Numbered from the stretch's first letter, positions 8,048 through 18,435 are shown. The stretch: 64,000 nt of DNA from an uncultured Holophagae bacterium (GCA_963797055.1 CAWCOD010000002.1:491598-555597), one strand, 5' to 3'. Program-made: numbers and translations. The notes: generated by a model from the letters alone, not told the origin.

Positions 8048-9717
8048 ATGAACGCGACACGAGTGACGTTATTGGCGGTGATTCTGTGTGCTCATTGTCG
8101 CGGTGGCGTCGGCGCAGACCGAGTGGGTTGAAAATCCGGTCGATCCGGTGCTCGGGACGGGTGAGCCGGGGTCCTGGGACTACATCCGACTGCCGGCTGA
8201 GGTCGTCCTGGTTGACGGCACCTACCACCTCTTCTTCGGCGGTCAGCCGGAGGGTGACCGATCGCCTATTCGACGCTCTTCAGTTGGGGCACGCGACGTC
8301 GTCGGATGGTGTGACCTGGGAGATCGACCCGGCCAACCCGGTTCTGACTCTTGGAGGGGCGGGTGAATGGGACTCCGCGACCCTCCTGCCGGGAGCCATC
8401 GTCCACGATGGGAACGGATTTCACCTGTGGTACCACGGGAGCAACCCGACGGAGATACCTACCTCAGCGCGGTCGGTTATGCGACTTCGCCGGATGGCTC
8501 AAACTGGGTGAAACACGACGGCAACCCGATCATGGGCGAGGGACTGCCCGGGACCTACGACGACGGAGGTGTGCTGCCTCGCACGGTGATCGTCCGAGAC
8601 GGACTCTACCAGATGTGGTACACCGCGATTCATCGCTCGGACAACGAGTATGATTGGCGAATCGGCTACGCCGTCTCGGACGACGGTCTGGACTGGACCC
8701 GGCACCCTGTCCCGGTGCTGGAACCAGGTGTCGGGTGGGAGCAACTGATCGTCTTTGCTCCTCATGTGAGATTCGAGAGGTCGCAGTACCACATGTGGTA
8801 TAGCGGCTCCAATGGCGGGACCTTCAATATCGGATATGCTGTCTCGTCAGACGGCATCGAGTGGACCAGGTATTGGGACAACCCCGTCGTGTCCCGAGAC
8901 CCCTCGATTGCGGCCGAGCTCCCGTTGATTGTCCTCAACCCGGACACCCAGACATACGAGATGTGGTACCGAAACCTGGTCAATCTCAGCATCTACCGAG
9001 CCGTGTCGAACTGCTGTGCCACGGTGCATCTGTTGATCATTCCGGCCGCCGCAGTGGCCTCGGGCGCTCAAGGGTGCCTTCTACCAGACCGACGTGGACC
9101 TCAACAACGCCGGTGAGCAGCCGGTGGAGTACGAGTTTCTGTGGTTGCCCAGGGGCGAGACCAACACCGACCCGATGACCTCGGAGCCCTTCAGCCTCGG
9201 CGCTGGCATGAGCGTTCGGTACGCCAACGTGTTGTCCGAGGTCTTCGGTCTCGAGCCCAACGCCTTCGGTGCCGTCGGCATTCTTGTCCTCGAGCCCGGA
9301 TCTTCTGGCCATGAGCCGGACCTACAACATACCGAGGGTGACGGATCTGCCGGGACCTTCGGCCAGGCGATTCCGGCCATCCCACCGAGCGACTTCATCC
9401 AGACCGGAGAGCGGCGGCGGATCCTGTTCGCCAGCGAGAACGAGGATTTGCGGTTCAACGTGGGCTGTCAGAGCGGCGGTGACGGAACCATGGTGGTCAA
9501 CCTCGAGCTCTTCGACCACGAGGGCAGCTCGTTGGGGACAGAGATGATGATCCTCAGGGCCTGGGGCAACGACCAGATGAATCGGATCTTCCAGGACTAC
9601 ATGCCGGTGAACGGCTACGTGGACGTGTGGACCACAGACGCCGACAGAAGCTTCTACTGCTACGGCTCGGTGCTGGACAACGTGACCAGCGACCCGACGA
9701 CGATTTTGCCGCAGTGA
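8048..9717 (+). pseudogene. Frameshifted paralog 2 of the secreted beta-propeller / C-terminal-domain protein
   Basis: Homologous sequence is spread over ORFs 7639..8511, 8088..8366, 8367..9116 and 9094..9717. ATG 8048 follows the same leader and RBS as paralog 1. Frame changes near 8090, 8265, 8455 and 9080, plus a compensating pair near 9285 and 9335. Confidence 0.8.
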
Positions 9718-9737
9718 ACAAGGGAGCAGGGGGCAGG

Positions 9738-9925
9738 GCGCGTCCCTCGGAGGTGCCTGGCATCCCGATTCGCCGAGGTCGACAAGACCGATTCGTCCCG
9801 CTGGAGCGAATCGGCGTGCCTGGCATCCTCACGGGAAGCGCAGTCGGAGAATCGGCGCGTTGAAGTCGGTAGATCGAACCGAATGAGAGGAATTTGTGGT
9901 GCGGCCGTCTCGGCTGCAATCACAA
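9738..9925 (+). repeat. Dispersed repeat family B, copy 2 (long form)
   Basis: Same stem modules plus a 3' extension (GGAGAATCGGCGCGTTGAAGTCGG ... TTGTGGTGCGGCCGTCTCGGCTGCAAT). Confidence 0.9.
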
Positions 9926-9931
9926 CGGAAC

Positions 9932-9972
9932 CAAGATCGAAGAACAAAGATCGAAGATCCCCCACCCACCCA
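9932..9972. repeat. 7-mer array (GAAGATC/GAACAAA) plus CCCCCACCCACCC box
   Basis: Same array type as 5108..5140 and 5265..5303. Confidence 0.9.
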
Positions 9973-10005
9973 GGACCGACGAGAAGATTCGGGGTGGGCG
10001 GAGGA

Positions 10006-13000
10006 TCAGTTCTCGATCCGGACGGAAACCGCCTTGGACACCCCGGGCTCCTCCATGGTGATGCCGTAGAGCACATCGGCACGGGCCATGGTGCGCCGAT
10101 TGTGGGTGATCAGCACGAACTGGGTGTGGTCGGTCATGGCGGCGATCAGATCAGCTAGCCGCTCCACGTTGGCGTCGTCCAGCGGCGCGTCGACCTCGTC
10201 GAGGATGCAGAAGGGCGACGGCTTGATGCGGAATAGCGATATGAGCAGCGACAGCGCCGTCAGCGCCTTTTCTCCGCCGGACAGGAGTTGGACCGACTGG
10301 GTCTTTTTGCCGGGGGGCTGGGCGGTGATGTCGATGCCGGATTCCAGAGGATTGTCCTCGTCCACCAGTTGGAGGGTGGCGCTGCCACCGCCGAACAGGG
10401 TGTTGAAGGTCTCGTGGAAGACCGTGTTCACCTGCTCCAAAGTGGTGACGAAGCGCTCGGTGCAGTAGGCATCGATCTCGCGAATCGTGGCGTCGAGTTT
10501 ACGCAGCGCCTCGACAAGATCCTTGCGTTGAGTGGATAGGAACTCGGACCGTTGCGTGAGCTCGTCCACCTCCTGGAGGGCGAGCAGATTGACGGGTCCG
10601 ACCTTGTCGATCCTGAGCCGCAGGTCGTCGATTTTTTCTTGGAGCTGCTCCGGTTCGGCGCCGTCGTCGGGCTCGAGCTGGGCGAGGGCCTCCGGAGTGG
10701 TATCGAGATCCGCCGCCGCCGACTCCCTCAGGCGATTCCATTCGGCATCGAGGCGGGTGAGATCCATCTGGACCTCGTGCAACGACTCCCTCGCGCGATC
10801 GTGCTCCTCGCGGCGCTGTCGGACCTCCTTGTCGAACCGCTCCACCTGAGCCGCCACCTGGTCGATATTCTCACCAAGCCGCCGTTCCCGGTCGCGGGCC
10901 GATGCCAGCATGCCCTGTTCCTCGGCCAATCGGGTCCTCGACGTCACCACTTCCTGCTCGGTTCGGGTCAACTCGCCGGTGAGCCGTTCCACGTCGGCTT
11001 CGAGTTTGGCGATGCGCTCGTCCAGTCGTTGGCCTTCGCCCGCCAGCCGGTCGGTTTCGCTGCGGGCGGCCTCGGCTCGCTCTTCGGCCAGTCGTTCCTC
11101 GGCCCGCCAACGATCGAGTCGGCGCAGGGCCTCGGCGGTCTCATCGCGGTGCCCGTCGAGACTCGCCGTGGCGTCATCCACCGCCTGTTCGAGCTCGGCC
11201 GTTCGAGTTTCGAAAGCACTGACCTCCGACTGGAGAATCTCGCGCCGTTTGGATAGTTCGGCCTGCTGCGTCCTGCTGCGTTCGCTCTCGGCGGCCACCG
11301 ACTCGAACTCGTTCTTGAGTCGCGACACATCCTGGCCGAGGGATTGCTCGACGGCGGTGGCGCGGCCCCGATCCTGCTCGGCCTGGAGGAGAAGGTTGTC
11401 CAGCTCACCGAGTTCGCTGTTTACCTCCACGAGCTGTGATGCTAGCGAACGGTGGAGGGCGGATGCCGTGTTCTCCCGACCTTCCATGGCCGCGATTTCG
11501 GCCGCGAGGTGCTGGCGGTCATCGCGCAGGGCGAGCGCACCGTGGACGCGGGCTCCGGCGGTGGGTGGTTCCTGGGTGAGGCCTCGCCAGATGACACCAT
11601 CCGGCCCGACAAAGATTGCCTGCGGGTGCTGTTCTGCGAGGGATCGCGCGTTCGTCGGACTGGAGCAGATGAATGCCGGGGGAAGGATCCGCGTGATCCA
11701 GAGCAGATCCTCGGCCGTGATTCCGGCGTGGTCGAACAGGGACTCGGCGCCTTCTGGTGTCTTGAGGATCGGGGGAGAGGGCGCGTTCGACGTGACGGCC
11801 AGTCGGAGTCGCCCGTCGAGATCGGCCACCGCTTTCAGCTGCTTCGTGGACAGGCCCTCACACCGGATCACCGGAAGCTCGAGCCAGTCGGACCACACCC
11901 GGTCGAGCAACCCGGTCTGGTCCTTTCTGGGGCTCAGGTAGTCGCTCAGTTGTCCGTCGAGCATGTCCGAGGGAAGGCACTCGGTGAGCTGCTCGGACAG
12001 TGCGGAGTGGCGGGCCAGCTCACGTTCGACGCCAGCCAGGCGGTGGCGCAAATTCCACAGTTCCTGCCCCAGACTCTCGGCCTCGTTCCTGGAGGTCCTG
12101 GCCTCCTCTTGCAGACCCGTTCGGCGTTCCACGAGACCTCGCCGCCGCAGTTCGAGTTCCTCCACGGCCGCGGTGGCGTGCTGGCTGTCCTCGGCCGCAG
12201 CCCGGTATCTGGCGTCGGATTCGGCGAGGCGGCCGTCCAGCGTGGTGCTCTCGTGTTCCAGTTGCTCGAGGGAGTAGCTCAAACGATCCTGTTCACGCTC
12301 GAGCTCGCCAAGCAGATTGCGATTTGAAGTGAGCGACGAGATGGCCCGGAGCAGTTCCTGGCGCCGCTGAGTTGCCTGATTCTCGGTCTCCTGGAGCAGA
12401 CCGCGGGCCGTGGCCTCGGCTTCGGTCGCTTCCTCCACCGTCTTCCGGATGGTGGCCAGCGCCTCTTCCAGGGTCGATTGCCGTTCGGCAGCGTCGTCGA
12501 TGCGTTCGGAGAGCTCAGCCCGGTTCGAACTCAGCGTGGTGCCGTCGACTCGGGCCCTGGCGACCGACTCTCTGAGGTTGTCGATCAGATCGGCCGACCG
12601 CTCCAGGAACGCCTCCATGCGTTCTCGGGAGGTCATGAGGTCGGCGACCTCGGTGCGGGCTCCCTCCACCTCGGTGCGGGTGGTCTCGAGGTTGGCCCGG
12701 GCCTGGGTCAGATCCGCCTCGGAGCTGCCGAGGCTGGCGGCGGCAGCCACCACCTCGTTTTCGATCTGGGCTCGATGACGCGAACCCTCCCGACGGGATG
12801 TGTCGAGCTCGCGAGACGACAGGATCAGCAGAGTGCGGATGGTGTCCTTGAGCTCGTCCTGGAGGCGCTGGTGGCGCCTTGCCTGGCCGGCCTGCCGTTT
12901 CATCTGACGCAGCGACCGGTCCACCTCCGAGATCACATCGTCGAGCCTGATGAGGTTCTGGCGTGTGTGCTCGAGCTTGAGTTCGGCATCGTGCTTGCGC

Positions 13001-13524
13001 CTCTTGTAGCGTGTGATTCCGGCTGCTTCTTCGATCAGCGCTCGGCGGTCGGTGGGACGAGCCGACAGCACTTGACCCACTCGTCCCTGCTCGATGATCG
13101 AGTAGTCGCGGGTGCCCAGCCCAACGGACAGGAGCTCGTCCCGGACGTCCGCCAACCGGGCCGTTCTGCCGTTGAGACGGTACTCCGATGGGCCGGATTT
13201 GTAGACACGGCGCCGTATCTCGAGCTCGCCGTCGGTCTCCTTCCAGTGGCCGTCGTCGGAATTGAGGGTGAGAACCACCTCGGCCGCTCCGGCGGGAGAC
13301 CGGCGCGTCGCGCCGGAAAAAACCACCTCGCCCATCTGTTTGAGGCGGAGAATGGTCGGGCTCTGTTCGCCGAGCACCCACAGGATGGCGTCCACCAGAT
13401 TGGACTTGCCGCAGCCGTTGGGTCCGATGATGGCCGACACGTCGCTGGGGAAGGCAAGGTCCACCTGATCCGGAAACGACTTGAATCCGGACAATCTGAG
13501 CGATTTGAGACGTACACGTGCCAT
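10006..13524 (-). CDS. smc: Chromosome segregation protein SMC
   Basis: 1172-aa ORF. N-terminal Walker A GPNGCGKSN, long coiled coils, C-terminal signature LSGGEKALTALSLL and Walker B FCILDEVDAPLD. Confidence 0.97.
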   Translation of the reverse strand: MARVRLKSLRLSGFKSFPDQVDLAFPSDVSAIIGPNGCGKSNLVDAILWVLGEQSPTILRLKQMGEVVFSGATRRSPAGAAEVVLTLNSDDGHWKETDGELEIRRRVYKSGPSEYRLNGRTARLADVRDELLSVGLGTRDYSIIEQGRVGQVLSARPTDRRALIEEAAGITRYKRRKHDAELKLEHTRQNLIRLDDVISEVDRSLRQMKRQAGQARRHQRLQDELKDTIRTLLILSSRELDTSRREGSRHRAQIENEVVAAAASLGSSEADLTQARANLETTRTEVEGARTEVADLMTSRERMEAFLERSADLIDNLRESVARARVDGTTLSSNRAELSERIDDAAERQSTLEEALATIRKTVEEATEAEATARGLLQETENQATQRRQELLRAISSLTSNRNLLGELEREQDRLSYSLEQLEHESTTLDGRLAESDARYRAAAEDSQHATAAVEELELRRRGLVERRTGLQEEARTSRNEAESLGQELWNLRHRLAGVERELARHSALSEQLTECLPSDMLDGQLSDYLSPRKDQTGLLDRVWSDWLELPVIRCEGLSTKQLKAVADLDGRLRLAVTSNAPSPPILKTPEGAESLFDHAGITAEDLLWITRILPPAFICSSPTNARSLAEQHPQAIFVGPDGVIWRGLTQEPPTAGARVHGALALRDDRQHLAAEIAAMEGRENTASALHRSLASQLVEVNSELGELDNLLLQAEQDRGRATAVEQSLGQDVSRLKNEFESVAAESERSRTQQAELSKRREILQSEVSAFETRTAELEQAVDDATASLDGHRDETAEALRRLDRWRAEERLAEERAEAARSETDRLAGEGQRLDERIAKLEADVERLTGELTRTEQEVVTSRTRLAEEQGMLASARDRERRLGENIDQVAAQVERFDKEVRQRREEHDRARESLHEVQMDLTRLDAEWNRLRESAAADLDTTPEALAQLEPDDGAEPEQLQEKIDDLRLRIDKVGPVNLLALQEVDELTQRSEFLSTQRKDLVEALRKLDATIREIDAYCTERFVTTLEQVNTVFHETFNTLFGGGSATLQLVDEDNPLESGIDITAQPPGKKTQSVQLLSGGEKALTALSLLISLFRIKPSPFCILDEVDAPLDDANVERLADLIAAMTDHTQFVLITHNRRTMARADVLYGITMEEPGVSKAVSVRIEN

Positions 13525-13655
13525 CCGTGCGACAAGGTATCAAAGCGAGACCTCGGTTGAAAGGCCAAAGTCCGGCGAATGTGACCGCGACCGCACGAAA
13601 CGGCGGATATGCACCCCGTGCGTGCTGAACTGGGGTAAAAAGTCGAAGGTCGAAC

Positions 13656-13706
13656 GTTAGCCCGCACTTCTCACCGAGTGTCTGCTGCGGGCGGCGATCG
13701 CGAATC
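13656..13706 (+). repeat. Dispersed repeat family C, copy 1
   Basis: CCCGCACTTCTCACCGAGTGTCTGCTGCGGGCGGCGATCGCG is the reverse complement of 45400..45441. Confidence 0.8.
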
Positions 13707-13844
13707 GTGCTCCTCAACGTAGTGCGACTACGCCTGCGTCGCCCGATCCGCTAAAAACCACATCTGACCACCCTCGCCGCCCCGTGACGAAACCCGGTGT
13801 GAAGTGCGGGTTAGAATGTTCCCCGCCCACCCGGAACGAAAAAG

Positions 13845-13990
13845 CGCAACAGGCGGGCGTGCCGTCCTCACGCGCGCCGCGAGCGCGCGGGCCGGTGCCA
13901 GGCACCGTCGAAATCGCATCGGAGCATGAGATCGATACATCTGCGGCGGTGCCTGGCACCGACATGGCGATCGGAATATGAGGTGGGCTC
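13845..13990 (+). repeat. Dispersed repeat family A, copy 3
   Basis: Arms at 13894..13906 and 13948..13960; same spacer with a few substitutions. Confidence 0.85.
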
Positions 13991-14082
13991 ACTCGGGGAG
14001 CGCCAGGGGGAGATGGGCGCGATGAAGTTCGGTCATCGATCTCATAGCGTTCGTCGCGCCCTGGCCGTCAGTGCGCTCCCCG

Positions 14083-14185
14083 TCGAGGATGCCAGGCACG
14101 CCGATTCGCCTGAAGTTCACGGGCACATCGACGCACGATGGCGAATCGGGATGCCAGGCACCTCCGAGGAACGCGCCCTCTTCCG
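14083..14185 (-). repeat. Dispersed repeat family B, copy 3 (inverted, short)
   Basis: Reverse complement of the core stems, with a different loop. Confidence 0.8.
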
Positions 14186-14258
14186 TTCCGGATGGGCAGG
14201 GGATAACGTTTCAACGTTGAACGTCTGCACCCTCCACTCTTTCCGCACCGTCCCCACC

Positions 14259-14284
14259 GGGCGGGCGGGCGGGCGGGTGGGTGG
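14259..14284 (+). other. Canonical G-quadruplex-forming tract in the PNP leader
   Basis: GGGCGGGCGGGCGGGCGGGTGGGTGG: six G3 tracts with 1-nt loops on the sense strand, ending about 22 nt before ATG 14307. Confidence 0.6.
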
Positions 14285-14306
14285 CGTCCTATGCTACATT
14301 TCGGCC

Positions 14307-15143
14307 ATGGGCACAGTCTTCGATCCCGATTCGCTGACGCAGATCGCCGCACTGTTCGGCGAGCGCTATCGTACGGGTACAGTCCGGGCGCTCATGGTGG
14401 CCGGTTCCGGACTCACCCTCGATGTCCCAGGCTGGGAGGCAACCGAGGAAGTCGAACTCGCGGATGTCTTCCCCTTCGAGATGCACGAACTCCTTGGTCA
14501 CCGTCAGACGGTCACCCTGTGGCGGCGGGGCTCGGAGACCATCCTCGCACTCAACGGGCGTTTCCACCTCTACCAGGGGTACACCCCGGAGCAGGTTGTG
14601 GCCCCGGTCAGACTCGCCGGATTGCTGGGCGCGGAGGTGATGATCGCCACCAACGCCACGGGCGCCCTCGATCCCGAGCTTCGGGCAGGGTCGCTGGTTG
14701 TGGTATCGGACCACATCAACCTGCAGGGGGCCAACCCGCTGGTGGGTGAGTGGGGGCTCGGATTTGGGCCGCAGTTTCCGGACATGAGTGAGTCCTATGA
14801 TCCCGAACTTCGTCGGCTGGCTGTCGCTGCGGCTGCGGAAAGCGGCTTCGAGGTTCGTGAGGGCGTGTACGCAGCCGTGCTCGGACCGTCCTTCGAGACA
14901 CCGGCCGAGGTCCGTATGCTCGGCCTCTTGGGTGGGACAGTGGTTGGCATGTCCACCGTGCCGGAGGTGATCGCCGCGAGGCAGATGGGGCTCAGGGTCT
15001 TGGTCATCTCACTGGCCACGAATCCGGGGGCGGGGCTGGTGGATAGGCCGTTGACCCACCTCGAGGTCATCGAAGCCGGTGAGGCTGCCAGGGAGAATCT
15101 CAAACACCTGCTCGGCCTCCTCGTTCAGAGAATCTTCGATTGA
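14307..15143 (+). CDS. Purine nucleoside phosphorylase (PNP/MTAP family)
   Basis: ORF 13926..15143. The 5' part is repeat sequence, and ATG 14307 gives MGTVFDPDSL. Motifs GRFHLYQGY, FPDMSESYD, GPSFETPAE and VGMSTVPEV. Confidence 0.9.
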   Translation: MGTVFDPDSLTQIAALFGERYRTGTVRALMVAGSGLTLDVPGWEATEEVELADVFPFEMHELLGHRQTVTLWRRGSETILALNGRFHLYQGYTPEQVVAPVRLAGLLGAEVMIATNATGALDPELRAGSLVVVSDHINLQGANPLVGEWGLGFGPQFPDMSESYDPELRRLAVAAAAESGFEVREGVYAAVLGPSFETPAEVRMLGLLGGTVVGMSTVPEVIAARQMGLRVLVISLATNPGAGLVDRPLTHLEVIEAGEAARENLKHLLGLLVQRIFD

Positions 15144-15246
15144 CGACGGGTTTTGCGTCGCGAGGGTCGAGTATCGAGTCGACCTCTTCTAAGCGAATCG
15201 GTCGAGTGGGGGAATGCACAACTCGTGATGTGTTATTAGGAGTAGG

Positions 15247-15900
15247 GTGGAGGTAGGGGTGTTTTTAGACGTTTTCCCAACCGGTCCGATTCAGGCCAAC
15301 TGCGTATTGATTGGTGACGAGAAGGCCGGGGTTCTGGCTGTCATCGACCCGGGCGAGGAGGCCGATCGGATCTGTGACCGCATCGCGGCCAGCGGGCTCG
15401 ACCCGGTCGTCGTACTCCACACCCACGGCCATGTGGATCATGCCGGCGGCACCGCCGAGTTGATGCGCCGACTGGGGGACGGAGTTCCCGTTGGCCTTCA
15501 TCCCGAGGAACTCGACCTGTACCGCGGGCTCGCCATGCAAGGGCGTCTCTTCGGTGTCGAGACTGAAACGCCGCCGCAGCCTACCAAGTGGTTGAAACAC
15601 GGCGACAGAATACCGGTGGGCGGGCTCGAGCTGGAGGTGCGGCACACCCCAGGTCACTCACCAGGTGGAGTGTCATTCGTGGTCCACGGGAACTCGCAAC
15701 CTATCGTGGTGGTGGGGGATCTGCTTTTCGCCGGGTCCATTGGCCGTACGGACCTGTTCGGCGGGTCGTATCACATTCTCGAGCGGTCAATCAGAGAGCA
15801 GATTTACGTGTTGCCGGACGACACCAGAGTGATCAGCGGTCACGGACCGGACACCACCGTCGGCCGCGAGAAGGCCGCAAATCCTTTTGTCAGGGGCTGA
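15247..15900 (+). CDS. MBL-fold metallo-hydrolase (glyoxalase II-like)
   Basis: 217-aa ORF with HTHGHVDHAGG (HxHxDH), then HTPGHSPGG and GDLLFAGSIGRTD. Confidence 0.9.
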   Translation: MEVGVFLDVFPTGPIQANCVLIGDEKAGVLAVIDPGEEADRICDRIAASGLDPVVVLHTHGHVDHAGGTAELMRRLGDGVPVGLHPEELDLYRGLAMQGRLFGVETETPPQPTKWLKHGDRIPVGGLELEVRHTPGHSPGGVSFVVHGNSQPIVVVGDLLFAGSIGRTDLFGGSYHILERSIREQIYVLPDDTRVISGHGPDTTVGREKAANPFVRG

Positions 15901-15903
15901 TCG

Positions 15904-15936
15904 GTCAAAAAACAGAGGAGTTTGCAGTTTTTTGAC
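15904..15936. terminator. AT-rich perfect hairpin after the MBL hydrolase gene (weak terminator candidate)
   Basis: GTCAAAAAAC, a 13-nt loop, then GTTTTTTGAC: a perfect 10-bp inverted repeat 4 nt after the stop at 15900. It lacks a GC-rich stem. Confidence 0.3.
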
Positions 15937-16067
15937 GGTCGTCACATTGCATCACGGTCGCAGTCTGGCAGAATGGCTGCGACCGCAGCGGCGAACCGCC
16001 GAATCGGCGAACTATCCACAGGACATTCCATTGACCGGGTGGTGCTCGGACGAAGGGAATCCGTCAA

Positions 16068-18134
16068 ATGTCAGTCAATAAAACATTTCGCATGGCAATT
16101 GCCGCAATTATGATCGTCGGCGGATTTTCCGGTGGGGACCTCCTCGCAGCGTCCCCGGCCGAGCGAATCTGGTCCCAGGCGCCGGCTTCATCCCTCGATC
16201 CCACAGCTGACAGGGCGATCATCCCGTTGAGATTTCAACCGGTCATCCTGGACCGTGCCGCCTTGGATGCCGAGTTGCGTCGAGCGCCAAACGAGATGGC
16301 TGAGAATGCCCAGGCCCTTGCCGTGGTGGTGCCTCTGCCCACCCCCGATGGTGGAATCGCGTACTTCAGGGTGGTGTCGTCGCCGATCATGGAGCCCGAG
16401 TTGGCCGCCCGGTATCCCCAGATTCAGACCTTCCGCGGCCAGGGGATCGACGATCCCAGCGCCACGGTGAGGATGGACCGCACCCTTCACGGATTCCACG
16501 CCATGGTGATGTCCTCCTCCGGGAGCTATTTTGTAGACCCCTACGCCAGGGGAGATGTGGACACCCACATCGTCTACTCCAGGTCCGATCTGGTGAATCC
16601 CCACGCAGGGGTCTTCAGCTGCGGCGTACCCTCTGACCAGGAGGGTGGCGGTGGCGAGGGAACCACTGAGGGCATGGAACTCTCAGGCGCATCGCTGAGG
16701 AGCTACCGGCTTGCCGTGGCGGCCACCGGGGAGTACACCGCCTTCCATGGTGGGACCGTTCCGGACGGCATGGCGGCCATCGTGACCGCGATCAACCGGG
16801 TCAACCAGATCTACGAGCGCGAAGTGGCGATTCGCATGATGTTGGTGGCCAACAATGACCTCGTGGTCTATACCAACGGTGCGAGCGATCCCTACTCCAA
16901 CTCCAACGGATACGCCATGCTCGGCCAGAATCAGAGCAATCTGGACGCCGTCATCGGCTCCGCCAACTACGACATGGGCCACGTCTTCTCCACCGGTGGT
17001 GGTGGCATCGCAAATCTTCGCGCGGTCTGCAACAACAGCTACAAGGCGCAGGGAGTCACCGGATTGCCGAGCCCCGTCGGCGATCCCTTCTACGTGGATT
17101 ATGTAGCCCACGAGATGGGCCACCAGTGGGGCGCCAACCACACCTTCAATGGTAATGAAGGCGGCGTGTGGTGGCGGCAACCGCAACCCGTCCACGGCCT
17201 ACGAGCCGGGCAGCGGATCAACCATCATGGCCTATGCCGGCCTCTGCGGCATCCCACAACACCCAGTACTTCAGCGACGACTATTTCCACGGAGCCAGTT
17301 TCTCGGAAATCGTCTCCTACAGTACGCGCGGGCGTCGGCAACAGCTGCGCTGCGGAGACAGCCACCGGCAACTCGCCGCCGCTCGTTGAGGCGGGTGACG
17401 CATTCACCATCCCGGTGTCGACCCCATTCGCGCTCTGCGGTTCGGCGGTGGACCCAGATGCCGATGTCCTGACCTACGGCTGGGAGGAGTTTGATCTCGG
17501 GCCCGCGGGTCATCCCAACACGCCGAGCGGAAACGCGCCGATCTTCAGGAGCTTCGACCCGGTGAACTCGCCAGAGCGGCTCTTTCCGAAGGCGTCCGAC
17601 ATCGTCAACAACGTGCAGACAAAGGGTGAAATCCTGCCGAGCTATGCCCGGAACCTGAACTTCCGATTGACCGCGCGGGACAACTTGTCGGGTGGCGGTG
17701 GGGTCGACTTCGACACCACCAGTCTCGCGGTCTCCGATGCCGGCGGCCCGTTCGTGGTGACCTCGCCGGACAGCGCCGTGACCTGGACCGGCGGCACCAC
17801 CCAAGTCGTGAGTTGGGACGTGGCCGGCACCGACCTGGCGCCCATCAGCTGTGACAGCGTGGATATCGCCCTGTCGCTGGACGGCGGCTGGAACTTCCCG
17901 CTGGTCCTGCTCAGCGACACTCCGAATGACGGCTCTCAGGCGGTGATGATGCCCGACCTCCAATCCGCCACGAGTCGCGTCCGGGTGAGCTGCCACGGCA
18001 ATGTCTTCTTCGATATCTCCAATACCAACTTCACGTTGACCGGCTCGGGCGCCATGTTTTTTCCGAGGGCACCGATGGCTGCGGCGGCGGCTGGGGGGCG
18101 TGGACCTCGGTCGTTCAGTAGGGCAAGGCAGTAG
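16068..18134 (+). CDS. Secreted reprolysin-like (M12B-type) zinc metalloprotease with an internally frame-scrambled segment
   Basis: Signal-like N-terminus [19 protein letters not shown]. Zinc motif [13 protein letters not shown]. Between about 17160 and 17335 the family-like sequence moves through the other two frames ([28 protein letters not shown] in ORF 17149; [21 protein letters not shown] in ORF 17168) and then returns. A further possible shift lies at the T6 run near 18055. Confidence 0.8.
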   Translation: MSVNKTFRMAIAAIMIVGGFSGGDLLAASPAERIWSQAPASSLDPTADRAIIPLRFQPVILDRAALDAELRRAPNEMAENAQALAVVVPLPTPDGGIAYFRVVSSPIMEPELAARYPQIQTFRGQGIDDPSATVRMDRTLHGFHAMVMSSSGSYFVDPYARGDVDTHIVYSRSDLVNPHAGVFSCGVPSDQEGGGGEGTTEGMELSGASLRSYRLAVAATGEYTAFHGGTVPDGMAAIVTAINRVNQIYEREVAIRMMLVANNDLVVYTNGASDPYSNSNGYAMLGQNQSNLDAVIGSANYDMGHVFSTGGGGIANLRAVCNNSYKAQGVTGLPSPVGDPFYVDYVAHEMGHQWGANHTFNGNEGGVWWRQPQPVHGLRAGQRINHHGLCRPLRHPTTPSTSATTISTEPVSRKSSPTVRAGVGNSCAAETATGNSPPLVEAGDAFTIPVSTPFALCGSAVDPDADVLTYGWEEFDLGPAGHPNTPSGNAPIFRSFDPVNSPERLFPKASDIVNNVQTKGEILPSYARNLNFRLTARDNLSGGGGVDFDTTSLAVSDAGGPFVVTSPDSAVTWTGGTTQVVSWDVAGTDLAPISCDSVDIALSLDGGWNFPLVLLSDTPNDGSQAVMMPDLQSATSRVRVSCHGNVFFDISNTNFTLTGSGAMFFPRAPMAAAAAGGRGPRSFSRARQ

Positions 18135-18196
18135 GCAGGAGCCCCCGCCCACAAGGGGCGGGGCCGCGACGGGCGGGCGTGCCACTTCTGACACCT

Positions 18197-18247
18197 TTAA
18201 GTTGAAAGTTGAACGTTAAACGTTGAACGTTCCCACCCTCCCTCCCG
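18197..18247. repeat. 7-mer array (GTTGAAC/GTTAAAC) plus CCCACCCTCCCTCCCGG
   Basis: TTAAGTTGAAAGTTGAACGTTAAACGTTGAACGTT followed by the C-tract box. Confidence 0.85.
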
Positions 18248-18251
18248 GATC

Positions 18252-18425
18252 GTGAGAGGGGGCAACCTGCCGGCGGCAGCGATTGTGGCCTGGGCCGGGA
18301 GGGATGTGGCGGGAGTTGATCCGGCCACTGGCCACTCGCTGGTGACGGCTGGTCACCGCGGCCGGCTTGTCACGGCGAAGCCCGAAGGGCGGAGCCGGAA
18401 GGCCGCGAGTAACCTCGGGGAGCGC
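18252..18425 (+). repeat. Dispersed repeat family F, copy 1
   Basis: GGGGGCAACCTGCCGGCGGCAGCGATTGTGGCC ... CTGGTGACGGCTGGTCACCGCGGCC ... GGCCGCGAGTAACCTCGGGGAGCGC. Confidence 0.8.
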
Positions 18426-18435
18426 GGTTGGGAGA

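Noticed and set aside
10910-11941. Long antisense or overlapping ORFs inside smc and other genes (for example 10910..11941, 12478..13560, 12515..13717, 889..1620, 2926..3747, 40993..42165).
   Set aside because: They are shadow ORFs typical of high-GC DNA. They have Arg/Pro/Ser/Ala-rich low-complexity translations, no motifs, and full overlap with strongly supported genes.
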